From positions 480,001-544,000 of the forward strand of contig JACPJW010000001.1 in the NCBI GenBank assembly GCA_016187335.1: DNA of 64,000 bases. The letters run 5' to 3'. Below are positions 1-8,818 of this stretch, piece by piece. The first letter of the stretch is position 1, and each line of letters opens with the position of its first letter. A program made the position numbers and the translations under genes. This DNA is from Candidatus Aenigmatarchaeota archaeon. Its GTDB lineage: Archaea > Aenigmatarchaeota > Aenigmatarchaeia > GW2011-AR5. The notes beneath the pieces are model-generated. The model saw nothing but the letters and a program-made list of their open reading frames with translations. It had not been told where the DNA came from and ran no database searches.

Positions 1-276
1 GATTGCCTAGGCGTCACGGAAGACCAGCACACCAAGGAAGTTATCGTATCAGGAGATAATGCTTTGCTGCTGAAGATGCGCTCCGACAAGAAAGTTCCTT
101 TTGCCTGTACCATAGCCGTGGACAGGAACGTATGGCAGACGCTCCCGCAGGGCGAAGTGACTCTTAGATTCCAGATGTTCTATGTTTACAATGTAGATGC
201 AGAGGCTCCTGTGAAGGTCGTAGGCGTTGAGTCAGGGCAGACGGTGGAAGAAGTCGAAACAGGGCCGCCGGGATAA
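1..276 (+). CDS. 3' part of hypothetical protein (runs off window start)
   Basis: Frame of ORF 64..276 is open from base 1 (DCLGVTEDQHTKEV...); stop at 274-276. Confidence 0.6.
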   Translation, partial: DCLGVTEDQHTKEVIVSGDNALLLKMRSDKKVPFACTIAVDRNVWQTLPQGEVTLRFQMFYVYNVDAEAPVKVVGVESGQTVEEVETGPPG

Positions 277-332
277 AAACAAGATGAAATCGTTCTGCTT
301 ATTCTCTTATTCCAGCGTTATTTCTTTCCGCT

Positions 333-1634
333 TTACTTTGATAAAAATTCCCCCAGATTCTTCTGCGTTTTTTTGTAAGATTCCGTTTCCTTTTGGTACA
401 ACTTTTTGGAAAAGTTGTTTTTCTGAAAAGTTTCACCTATTACAGGCTTTCCGTAAACGCCGTCGTATCCTGGAATTACTTTGATATTGCCGTTCCTGTT
501 TTTTATGATTGCATCGGCAATTTTCTCGTCAACAATTTTTGACAAGTCATTTTCTTCAACATTTAATAAGATGTTGAATTCATTCCCAAAACGATTAATC
601 AATTTATTGTAGACTTCCCATACTTTCTTGCTGAACGTTTCCGTACTTAGAGTAACTGCAATTAACTCATTCAAAGGAATAAATTTCTTGAACGGAACGG
701 CATTTTCAGGGACGAAGCCTTCTTCCCTGTCGGCCAGTTCTTCCACCCGGTGAAGCACGCCTATTGTTAATTCTTTCAGACATTTCGGGCACAAATTATT
801 ATTAGCGATTGATTCTTTTGGAGGCAGCGATACGCCGCAGTTCCTGTGACCATCATAATGATATTTTCCCTCTTCCGGAAAAAATTCTAATGTCATCAAA
901 AATTTTTCTTTGTCTTTGGCTCTGATTATGTCAATGAGTTCTTTGTACGTTATCTCTTTCATATCAAATACACAACATTCTCTTCCTAAGCGCCAAGGCC
1001 AATGAGAATGGGCATCGGAAAAAGACAAAATAGCTAAATCATCCAGTTCAGAAATTCTCCAGTTCATAGAGGGGTCGGAAGATAGACCTGTCTCGATAGC
1101 ATGTATATGATTTAGATGGTCGCCAAAACAGTCCTTTATAGAATTGAAACCGGACTGGGAACCGTAAAGACTGAAGAACGGAGTCCATATGTGTGCAGGT
1201 ATGATTTCTATATCCTTGGAAATGCTCATCAGATTTTCAACTAGTTCCATAGAATTGAACCCGAATATTGGACGGCCGTCATAGTCGCGCCTTCCTTTCC
1301 TGTCAAGCCATTCGTTTATCTGGTCGACTACCTCGAAATTAGGAGCAAGAATTATGTGATGTATGCGGTATTGTTTTCTGCCCTGCGTATAAATCAGGGA
1401 AATCTCTACCGAGAGCATAAAATTCATCCCAGCGTATTCATAGATGCCCTCGGAATGCTCAGAAAGATTTTGTTTCAGATGCTCCAGCCATTTCGGGTGA
1501 GTGAAGTCCGCACTACCCATCAGATTGAGGCCCTTTATTCTTCCATATTTAGCAATGTTATCAAGATCCAGATCCTTGGATGTCGCACGGGAATATTTAG
1601 AATGTAAATGTAAGTCAGCATAAACTATGGTCAT
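333..1634 (-). CDS. endoQ: Endonuclease Q family protein (PHP domain + Zn finger)
   Basis: ADLHLHSKYSRATS, PAHIWTP, ETGLSSD, SFSDAHS, GKYHYDGHRNC and CPKC..TIGVLHRVEELADR motifs. Confidence 0.9.
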   Translation of the reverse strand: MTIVYADLHLHSKYSRATSKDLDLDNIAKYGRIKGLNLMGSADFTHPKWLEHLKQNLSEHSEGIYEYAGMNFMLSVEISLIYTQGRKQYRIHHIILAPNFEVVDQINEWLDRKGRRDYDGRPIFGFNSMELVENLMSISKDIEIIPAHIWTPFFSLYGSQSGFNSIKDCFGDHLNHIHAIETGLSSDPSMNWRISELDDLAILSFSDAHSHWPWRLGRECCVFDMKEITYKELIDIIRAKDKEKFLMTLEFFPEEGKYHYDGHRNCGVSLPPKESIANNNLCPKCLKELTIGVLHRVEELADREEGFVPENAVPFKKFIPLNELIAVTLSTETFSKKVWEVYNKLINRFGNEFNILLNVEENDLSKIVDEKIADAIIKNRNGNIKVIPGYDGVYGKPVIGETFQKNNFSKKLYQKETESYKKTQKNLGEFLSK

Positions 1635-1762
1635 TTTTTATCTTCTCCACTAAACTTTCATCAGAAAGGTCGAACTGATTAAGATCATTATAAGTGTTCG
1701 CAAATAAACGATTTAAATAAATTTTGCACCCCTATTAGAATTATCAACTGAGTGATTTGAAC

Positions 1763-1969
1763 ATGGCAAAAGACGATTACATGCGGATAGTGAAGATAGT
1801 GCTTGTGATACTTCTGGTCATACTGGTATTCTCGCTGATTTCCAGCATCATCGAGCTTGTAATCGGCAGCTCCATAGGAAAAATTCTCACGGCGATCATC
1901 ATGATTCTTGCCGTTCTTTGGCTTCTCAGCGACGAAGGCCAGAGGAAAATCAGGGATATGGTAGATTAA
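1763..1969 (+). CDS. Small two-TM membrane protein
   Basis: Two hydrophobic stretches; ATG at 1763. Confidence 0.6.
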   Translation: MAKDDYMRIVKIVLVILLVILVFSLISSIIELVIGSSIGKILTAIIMILAVLWLLSDEGQRKIRDMVD

Positions 1970-1973
1970 GCCT

Positions 1974-3242
1974 TCAGCTGTAAAAAATAAAATTACTGCA
2001 CAGTTCCCTGACGTCAGCATCAATTCTTTCCTTTGCTGCTGAATCGCTGCGCAATTCTATCGCCTTTGCAATGAATTCAGCCACGGCTTTCATCTCGCTT
2101 TCCTTCATGCCACGTGTTGTCAGAAAAGGTGTTCCCAGCCTTATGCCTGATGGATCAAAAGGCTTCCTCGGGTCGAAAGGAATCATGTTCTTGTTCACGG
2201 TGATGCCCACCTCGTCCAGGGCGGTTTCAGCTTCCTTGCCTGTGATGTTCTTGCCGCGCAGGTCAAGGACCATCAGGTGGTTTTCCGTCCCGCCCGTGAC
2301 AATATCAAAGCCGTAGTCCATGAGGGAACCAGCGAGCGCTTTTGCATTGCGCACTATTTGCTTGGCGTATTCGGCGAAAGCAGGCGTTGCCGCTTCTTTC
2401 AGCGCAACTGCTATGCCTGCTGTCGTGTGGTTGTGCGGCCCGCCCTGCAATCCGGGAAATATGGCGCGGTCAATCAGTGTAGGTATATTCTCCTTGCTCC
2501 GCTCAGCGGCCTTCAGCGGCTCCGAAGGATTCCCGTTGCATAAAATCATAGCTCCCCGCGGGCCCCGCAACGTCTTGTGCGTTGTAGTTGTTGTGACGTC
2601 AGCGTAGCCCACAGGCGACGGGTGAACGCCTCCCACAATCAGGCCGGCTATATGCGCAATGTCTGCGACAAGAAAAGCGTCTGCGGACAGGGCAATTTCT
2701 GAAAGCCGCTTGAAGTCAATTATCCTTGAATAAGCCGTGGCTCCGCAGAAAATTAATTTTGGCTTCTCTTTTTTCGCCATGCTTTCTATCAAATCATAAT
2801 CAAGCCACCCGTCCTGCGTTGTTGCGTAAGGAACGGAAACATAATATTTTGCCGAAAAATTCACGGCGGCGCCGTGCGTAAGGTGCCCGCCGTGTGAAAT
2901 GCTCATGCCCATCAATTTCTCGCCGGGATTGAGCAATGCAAAGCAGACAGCATGGTTAGCGGGGCTTCCGGAATAAGGCTGCACGTTGGCATGGCTTACG
3001 CCGAACAGTTTCTTCGCCCTTTCTATTGCAATGCTTTCTATTTCGTCAATGAAGACGTTTCCGCCGTAATACCTTTTTCCCGGATAGCCTTCGGAGTATT
3101 TGTTTGTAAGGACAGAGCCCATTGCCTCCAGAACCGCTGGCGATACAAGATTCTCAGAAGGAATTAACTCAAGTCCGTTCATCTGCCGCTGCTTTTCCTT
3201 TTCAATTAAAGCATCTATGTGCGGGTCCGTTTCCCTAAGCAT
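1974..3242 (-). CDS. glyA: Serine hydroxymethyltransferase, bacterial (THF-dependent) type
   Basis: LELIPSEN, NKYSEGYPGKRYYGG, GGHLTHG, TTTTHKTLRGPRG, GIRLGTP; likely start MLRETD at 3242. Confidence 0.97.
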   Translation of the reverse strand: MLRETDPHIDALIEKEKQRQMNGLELIPSENLVSPAVLEAMGSVLTNKYSEGYPGKRYYGGNVFIDEIESIAIERAKKLFGVSHANVQPYSGSPANHAVCFALLNPGEKLMGMSISHGGHLTHGAAVNFSAKYYVSVPYATTQDGWLDYDLIESMAKKEKPKLIFCGATAYSRIIDFKRLSEIALSADAFLVADIAHIAGLIVGGVHPSPVGYADVTTTTTHKTLRGPRGAMILCNGNPSEPLKAAERSKENIPTLIDRAIFPGLQGGPHNHTTAGIAVALKEAATPAFAEYAKQIVRNAKALAGSLMDYGFDIVTGGTENHLMVLDLRGKNITGKEAETALDEVGITVNKNMIPFDPRKPFDPSGIRLGTPFLTTRGMKESEMKAVAEFIAKAIELRSDSAAKERIDADVRELCSNFIFYS

Positions 3243-3396
3243 GCATGAAAATAAACAGCCAAAATATTTAAGGGAAGAATCCATCAGAACGGAAGCAAAG
3301 CAGAATAACAGGCTTCAATTAACAATGATCAGAGCCCGGACATCAGCTTCCGTATGATAATTTCTATTTTTATATTTTACTTTGATACTATCAGAC

Positions 3397-4218
3397 ATGC
3401 AGCAATATCTGGATTTGCTCCGGGAAATATTAGAAAAGGGCGTTGACAGGCCTACCAGAACGGGCATAAACACACGCTCCGTTTTCGGCAGGACCATGCG
3501 CTTTAAGATGGCTGATGGCTTCCCCGCCGTAACAACGAAAAAACTGGCTTTTGAATCGCTGAAGGCAGAATTATTATGGTTCATTTCCGGCAGCAGTGAT
3601 GTCAAGGAACTGCAAAAGCTCGGCAGCCGCATCTGGGACGCGAATGCCGAGGCGCCTTACTGGAAGCCGCGCGCTAAGTTTGAAGGGGATGTCGGAAGGA
3701 TTTACGGCGTTCAGTGGCGCAGATGGCGCGGTCCTGACGGGAAGGAAACAGACCAGCTGAAAAAAACCATAGAAAACATAAAGAAGAATCCGGAAAGCCG
3801 CCGGCACATAGTCAATGCATGGAACCCAGCGGAGCTTGACCAGATGGCGCTGCCGCCCTGCCACACATTTTTCCATTTCTATGTTGCTGACGGAAAATTG
3901 TCGCTGCTCATGTACCAGCGCAGCTGTGACATGTTCCTGGGAGTGCCTTTTAACATCGCATCTTATTCGTTGCTGCTTCACATGGTTGCGCAGGTATGTA
4001 ATTTGCAACCGGATGAGTTTGTTCATGTCCTCGGGGACACACACATTTACCACAACCATTTTGAGCAGGTAAAAGAGCAGCTGACAAGAAAACCTTTTCC
4101 ACTTCCGCAGCTGTGGCTGAATCCTGACGTGAAAAACATCGGCGACTTCAGGATGGACGACATAAAGCTGCTCAACTACCAGCACCACCCGCCGATAAAG
4201 GCGCCTATGGCTGTGTGA
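3397..4218 (+). CDS. thyA: Thymidylate synthase ThyA
   Basis: MQQYLDLL, RTGINT, ELLWFISG, MALPPCH (catalytic Cys), YQRSCDMFLGVPFNIASY, GDTHIY. Confidence 0.97.
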   Translation: MQQYLDLLREILEKGVDRPTRTGINTRSVFGRTMRFKMADGFPAVTTKKLAFESLKAELLWFISGSSDVKELQKLGSRIWDANAEAPYWKPRAKFEGDVGRIYGVQWRRWRGPDGKETDQLKKTIENIKKNPESRRHIVNAWNPAELDQMALPPCHTFFHFYVADGKLSLLMYQRSCDMFLGVPFNIASYSLLLHMVAQVCNLQPDEFVHVLGDTHIYHNHFEQVKEQLTRKPFPLPQLWLNPDVKNIGDFRMDDIKLLNYQHHPPIKAPMAV

Positions 4219-4229
4219 AAAGGATAATT

Positions 4230-4838
4230 ATGTATTCTAATGATTTTACAAATCGTATACACCAAAAATTAATAGAAATCAACGGAAGAATAAAAGCCAA
4301 CGGCCCATCGCGGCCGGATGGAAGAAATCTGAGAATCCTGCAGAGCATTCATGGCGGGCTTGGGATGATATACAAGCCTTCCTGTAGTTTGGATTTGGAA
4401 TTGACTAGGCAATCACGGTCAGAATTAGTAAGGCTTGTTGATGATGCTGTTGTGAGGGACCCTGTTGGCTCGAAACTTTACGAATTTGGATGGCAAGACA
4501 AATTACCATCCTATGTAAATGGGGACTGGTTTATTGCAGGCGCGAGGGAGGATTGGAACCGTCTTGGAAAAACCGGTAAGACAGATTTCAAAAGAAGATA
4601 TATGATGGTTTCTGACAGCGAAACGTGGGATTTCTTGGACAAAGCTTCAGAAGAAGAGTTGTTCGGGTTTTACGTTCATACGCAAGCAATATACGAAGAA
4701 AAGCAAAAAGCTTTTGACGCCTTGTTCAGAATGGCAGGTCGAAGCATGAAAAAATCAGAATACAAAGAATGGGCAGGCAAGTTTGGAATCAAGCTGACGG
4801 AAGATTTCTACGTCGGTTATTCATCTGTTCCGTTTTAA
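4230..4838 (+). CDS. Hypothetical orphan protein between thyA and folA
   Basis: Open ~200-codon frame, visibly more AT-rich than flanks; no recognisable motif. Confidence 0.65.
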   Translation: MYSNDFTNRIHQKLIEINGRIKANGPSRPDGRNLRILQSIHGGLGMIYKPSCSLDLELTRQSRSELVRLVDDAVVRDPVGSKLYEFGWQDKLPSYVNGDWFIAGAREDWNRLGKTGKTDFKRRYMMVSDSETWDFLDKASEEELFGFYVHTQAIYEEKQKAFDALFRMAGRSMKKSEYKEWAGKFGIKLTEDFYVGYSSVPF

Positions 4839-4862
4839 TCCTTTTTTTGATTTAGGTTAAGC

Positions 4863-5351
4863 ATGATCATCTCCCTTATCGCCGCCATGGGCAGAAACAG
4901 GGTTATAGGCAAGGACAACGGCCAGCCGTGGGACATGCCCGCTGACTGGGCTTATTTCAAAAGAAAAACGTTGGGCAAGCCGTGCATCATGGGCAGGAAG
5001 ACACACGAGGCAATCGGCAAGCCGCTGCCTGAAAGGGCAAACATCATCATAACAAGGGACCGAAATTACAAGGCAGAGGGATGCGTAGTTGTCCATTCAA
5101 TAGACGAAGCGCTCCACGCGGCTCGTGATGCCAAGGAAATAATGGTCATCGGCGGCGCCGAGATATACAGCCAGTTCCTGATTCATGCGGACAGGCTGTA
5201 TTTGACTTTCATCGACGAGGATTTCGAAGGCGACGCTTTCTTTCCCCGGTTCAACGAATCGGAATGGACCGAGGTCAGCAGGGAAGATCATGAAGCTGAC
5301 GAGAAAAACCCTTACAAATACAGCTTTGTGACGCTGGAAAGAAAGCGCTGA
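4863..5351 (+). CDS. folA: Dihydrofolate reductase
   Basis: ISLIAAM..NRVIGKDN..PW..PAD, IMGRKT, VIGGAEIY, GDAFFP. Confidence 0.97.
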   Translation: MIISLIAAMGRNRVIGKDNGQPWDMPADWAYFKRKTLGKPCIMGRKTHEAIGKPLPERANIIITRDRNYKAEGCVVVHSIDEALHAARDAKEIMVIGGAEIYSQFLIHADRLYLTFIDEDFEGDAFFPRFNESEWTEVSREDHEADEKNPYKYSFVTLERKR

Positions 5352-5706
5352 TCATTTCCCGAATTTCTCCAGTTCAATTCCTGCTTCCTTCATCAGTTCC
5401 GTTCCAAGCTCGACAGGATAATCCGCTTCTGAAACCCTGCACGATGGCATTTTCCTCTGCATGGTTGCACGCGCACTTGTCCAGATCCTCGCCGCTGTTT
5501 ATCCTGCCTTCTTTCCTGTCCATGCACCTTTTGCAGCCGCCCTCGTTGCAGTTCTTCACGTTGCGCGGCGTTCCGTTGTAGCCCGTGGAAATAATCTGCT
5601 TGTTCTTAACGAGAATCGCCCCTTTCGGCCTGGAAAGGCAGTTGGAGCGGAGCTTAACTGCTTCAGCTATGTTCATGAAATACTCGTCCCAGGAAGGTCT
5701 TGCCAT
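5352..5706 (-). pseudogene. dCMP deaminase (ComEB-like) with internal deletion and frameshift
   Basis: RPSWDEYFM..A, STGYNG.P and HAEENAIVQ in one frame; typical tail VSEADYPVELGTELMKEAGIELEKFGK* in another frame (5435..5352); PCxxC segment absent. Confidence 0.8.
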
Positions 5707-5764
5707 GCTTTTTGATTGAAGTCAAAATTGATAAGCTTTTCACAGGCCTGAAAAAGAAATAAAG

Positions 5765-5871
5765 TGGGCTCGAGCGGATTCGAACCGCTGACCTTATATG
5801 CTGCTTTCGCATCTGCACGTCAAGCAGACGTCATATTTGGTTTTTGCTGATAGCCACTAGACTACGAGCCC
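5765..5871 (-). tRNA. tRNA-Val(GAC) with two ~17-nt non-canonical introns (D-arm and variable region)
   Basis: GGGCTCG/CGAGCCC acceptor, TCTGC-TTGACGT-GCAGA anticodon arm, AGCGG-TTCGAAT-CCGCT T-arm; 107 nt minus 2x17 gives a 73-nt cloverleaf. Confidence 0.9.
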
Positions 5872-5920
5872 GCTGCAAATCTATAAGACAATTTCTTTTA
5901 ATTCTTTTAACAGAACGAAT

Positions 5921-6006
5921 GCACCAGTAGTCTAGAGCAAAAGCAGAAATTGGTATGACTTGAGCTTCCCAAGCTCAAGATCCGGGTTCGATTCCCGGCT
6001 GGTGCA
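5921..6006 (+). tRNA. tRNA-Gly(CCC) with ~15-nt D-loop intron
   Basis: GCACCAG/CTGGTGC acceptor, TGAGC-TTCCCAA-GCTCA anticodon arm, CCGGG-TTCGATT-CCCGG T-arm; insertion agcaaaagcagaaat between AG and TGG. Confidence 0.9.
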
Positions 6007-6501
6007 TTATTTCGTAGGCATCTCTTCTTCGCTGCGCCTTGAGGATAAGGAGAACCGCAGCTCAGGTTTTTTCAGGTTTTTCAGGAAATCCGTGCTTATT
6101 CCGCTTTCTTTTTTCGGCTTTTTTTCAGAAGTATCCTGCTTTTTCAGGAAGTTTGAGAAAAATTTCCACAAGCCTGCGGGGAACTCGTCGCGCTGCGCAG
6201 CGCTTTCCCATTCGTTCATGTGTATATGCTTGTTGCCGCAGAATTCGCAGCTTCTCACTTTCGAATTTGTCATGAAATTCCTTTCGCATACAGGGCAGTA
6301 GTACCTGTATTTTGCTGAAGTTGATTTTTTGCTGCTTATTACCTGCACGTCTTCGGAATCGCAGAATTTGCATTGGGTGATTTTGCTGACAGTGTCAAAG
6401 CTCCTTGCGCAGTTCCTGCAGAGATAAAGGCGGCTGAATTTCTGGCCTCGGAACTCATCTAGGTCGTTCAGCGAGCCGGCAGGATACTGGTCAACGCGCA
6501 T
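6007..6501 (-). CDS. Double zinc-ribbon protein
   Basis: Four CxxC motifs (CRNC, CKFC, CPVC, CEFC) and a basic tail. Confidence 0.75.
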   Translation of the reverse strand: MRVDQYPAGSLNDLDEFRGQKFSRLYLCRNCARSFDTVSKITQCKFCDSEDVQVISSKKSTSAKYRYYCPVCERNFMTNSKVRSCEFCGNKHIHMNEWESAAQRDEFPAGLWKFFSNFLKKQDTSEKKPKKESGISTDFLKNLKKPELRFSLSSRRSEEEMPTK

Positions 6502-6505
6502 AAAA

Positions 6506-6796
6506 TCACCCTAAAATGTTCCCGAAGCCCTCTGTGGCGCGGTCTTCCTGTTCCTGTATTCTTTTCAGGACGGTTTCGGAATCCTTGTATATTTCCGCAA
6601 TGCCTTTCAGCAGCTGTTCCGCTTGTTTCAGTGCCTGCTCCGACGCATCCAGCACGATAAAGTAGCCGTCTTCCTTCATGTCCAAGGATGATGCCAGCCT
6701 TATTAGAATGCTGCCCCTGCTTACCAGGTCGTCTTTCTTCAGGGCATCCTCCGCCTTCTGCTTGCTGTCGGCACTTACGAGGTATACAGATTTCAT
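6506..6796 (-). CDS. Conserved archaeal-type small hypothetical protein
   Basis: DDLVSRGSI..RLA..L and C-terminal EDRATEGFGNILG resemble a small archaeal family; likely start MKSVY at 6796. Confidence 0.65.
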   Translation of the reverse strand: MKSVYLVSADSKQKAEDALKKDDLVSRGSILIRLASSLDMKEDGYFIVLDASEQALKQAEQLLKGIAEIYKDSETVLKRIQEQEDRATEGFGNILG

Positions 6797-6916
6797 GCTC
6801 AGATATTGTAGGCAAGGCTTTATAAATCTTTCCATATTTTCACCACTTTTAAGTGAATATAAGTCGCCAAAGCGGTTACATGGGTACAGAAAATATATTA
6901 TTCAGAATTGCCGGCT

Positions 6917-7090
6917 TTACACGCCAATTTTTATCTTGTTCAAATTCTCAGGAGTAAGCTCGACCATCTCGCCCCTTTCAAGTCCGTACAATTCAACAAT
7001 CTCCTTTGGCAGCGTGATGACAAGACTTTGCCCTACCGTACGCACTTTTACTTTTATGCCGCTTTTCTTTAGAGCCTCAATTTTGCTTAT
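6917..7090 (-). pseudogene. AbrB/MazE/SpoVT-like DNA-binding domain, apparently 5'-truncated
   Basis: Manual translation ISKIEALKKSGIKVKVRTVGQSLVITLPKEIVELYGLERGEMVELTPENLNKIKIGV*; in-frame TAG directly upstream and no in-frame ATG upstream of the AbrB motif. Confidence 0.6.
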
Positions 7091-7179
7091 CTAAAACTAT
7101 AGTTAGTATAAATTCATAGTTGTGCGAAAAGACGCGCCGTGTGGACAAAAGTTATATATCAGCCCGATGAAAAGGAATT

Positions 7180-8385
7180 ATGGAAAGGGCGCTGACGCTG
7201 GTTCTATTGGCTGCAGTTCTGGTTTCCGGCTGCATATCAGGCTCGGACAAACCCGCCGTGAATCCGCTTGCCGCAGAGGCGGGCGCCACTGGAACCAACC
7301 AGCCCGCGCCGTGGCCGTTTGGTCCGGCAAGAGAGGAAAGAAGCACTTATGAGATGATAACCGAGAAGGAGCGCGCACTTCTGCCGGAATGCTCGGACGC
7401 AATGCTTACGCTGCCGCCGGTTGATCTCGGAAGGATAACCGCCATAGAGCCAATAGGCTCGAGCAATCCGCCGGAGCATACCCTGGCGAGCAGCAGCACC
7501 GACACGTACATAGCTGTCGACACCCAGAACACCGAGAGCACGGTCCCGCTGTACGCCCCGGGAAAGATATGGATCACGGTTATCCAGCCGAGGTACGGCG
7601 TGACCCAGGACCCGGAAGACCACGTGATACATTACGCGCTGTGCAGGGACGTGTTCGGCATAGTGGACCATGTGAAGTCATTCTCGCCTGAAATGATGAA
7701 AATTGTGGAAAACTACAAGTGCCCGTACGGGGGAACGCCGGGCGACAGCAGATGCCCCATCCTTCTGCTTGAGCCGGTGGAAGCGGGAACAAAGCTGGGA
7801 GAGGTCGGGAGGAAGCAGGGCAACTTCAATTTCGGGACATGGGATTTGAGGCACACGAATAATTTCGTGAATCCGGCCAGGTACGGGGTAAGGTCGCTTC
7901 ATTCGACGTGCCCTTTCGGCTATTACTCGAGCCCGCTTAGGGAGCAGCTTGCAGGGATGCTGGACAGGGAAGACAGGGACTGCGGAACCGTGGAATACGA
8001 CGTCCCGGGAACGCTGCAGGGGGAATGGTTCTACAACAACGCCACGAACAGGATGCGCGGGGACTGGTTCAACCAGCTGTTCCTCGGCTACAGCAACAGG
8101 CTCCCGGAGGCGGCTGTCATTTCCGTGGGCGGCGTGATTTCGGAGCCGATCAAGTGGATGTTCGTCCCGGAAAAGAGCGGCACGAGGAATGCAGGCTTCG
8201 AAACGGTGTCCGGCAGCGGGATATACTGCTACGAAAGCGACAGGAGCTACTGGAATTACGAAAAAGGCCCGGGCGGAAGAATCATCATACAGCTGATAAG
8301 CCCGCAGAAGCTCCGGATAGAGCACCAGCAGGGAACGTGCTCCGGGGCATATTCCTTCGCGAGCCCGAAGATCTATGAAAGGTGA
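7180..8385 (+). CDS. Secreted lipoprotein with degenerate M23-like signature
   Basis: Lipobox LVSGC; VPLYAPG, DHV and VEAGTKLGEVG motifs; GC-richer than flanks. Confidence 0.6.
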   Translation: MERALTLVLLAAVLVSGCISGSDKPAVNPLAAEAGATGTNQPAPWPFGPAREERSTYEMITEKERALLPECSDAMLTLPPVDLGRITAIEPIGSSNPPEHTLASSSTDTYIAVDTQNTESTVPLYAPGKIWITVIQPRYGVTQDPEDHVIHYALCRDVFGIVDHVKSFSPEMMKIVENYKCPYGGTPGDSRCPILLLEPVEAGTKLGEVGRKQGNFNFGTWDLRHTNNFVNPARYGVRSLHSTCPFGYYSSPLREQLAGMLDREDRDCGTVEYDVPGTLQGEWFYNNATNRMRGDWFNQLFLGYSNRLPEAAVISVGGVISEPIKWMFVPEKSGTRNAGFETVSGSGIYCYESDRSYWNYEKGPGGRIIIQLISPQKLRIEHQQGTCSGAYSFASPKIYER

Positions 8386-8529
8386 AGAGTTAGCATAGAC
8401 TAAAGATCATTTTACGCCTAAATACGAAGATGCTGTTAAATTTATAATTCAGATCGGCGCAGGTAACGAGACACCCAAGGACATAGAAAAGTGGATAGAG
8501 TTGGAAGATTGGAAGAAAGAGCAACAAGA

Positions 8530-8640
8530 CTAATGCTTTGCAAGCTTTCTAAGCAGTTTTTTATCTTCAACTATAATGGCTTTGGCAGCTTTCCTGAATT
8601 TTCTAAGTTCATTCTTCTGGGTTTTTGTCATTAAAATCAT
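8530..8640 (-). CDS. Small basic protein (36 aa), possible antitoxin-like peptide
   Basis: Manual translation MILMTKTQKNELRKFRKAAKAIIVEDKKLLRKLAKH*. Confidence 0.3.
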   Translation of the reverse strand: MILMTKTQKNELRKFRKAAKAIIVEDKKLLRKLAKH

Positions 8641-8818
8641 CTCTAGTTTGTTGCTTTACTTGAAACTTATAGGAAGGTAAATTATTTTAAGCCTTCGAGA
8701 GTCACCGAAGAGCGAGAACCAACAACTTCGAAGTCCAAGACTCCTTTAATCATGAATTTTTCTTGATATCTAATATATGACACCGCTAGGATAAAAAGAT
8801 TTCAAGCAAGTAGAAAAT

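Noticed and set aside
7237-8378. Long overlapping ORFs on other frames of the lipoprotein gene
   Set aside because: GC-rich shadow ORFs without motifs.
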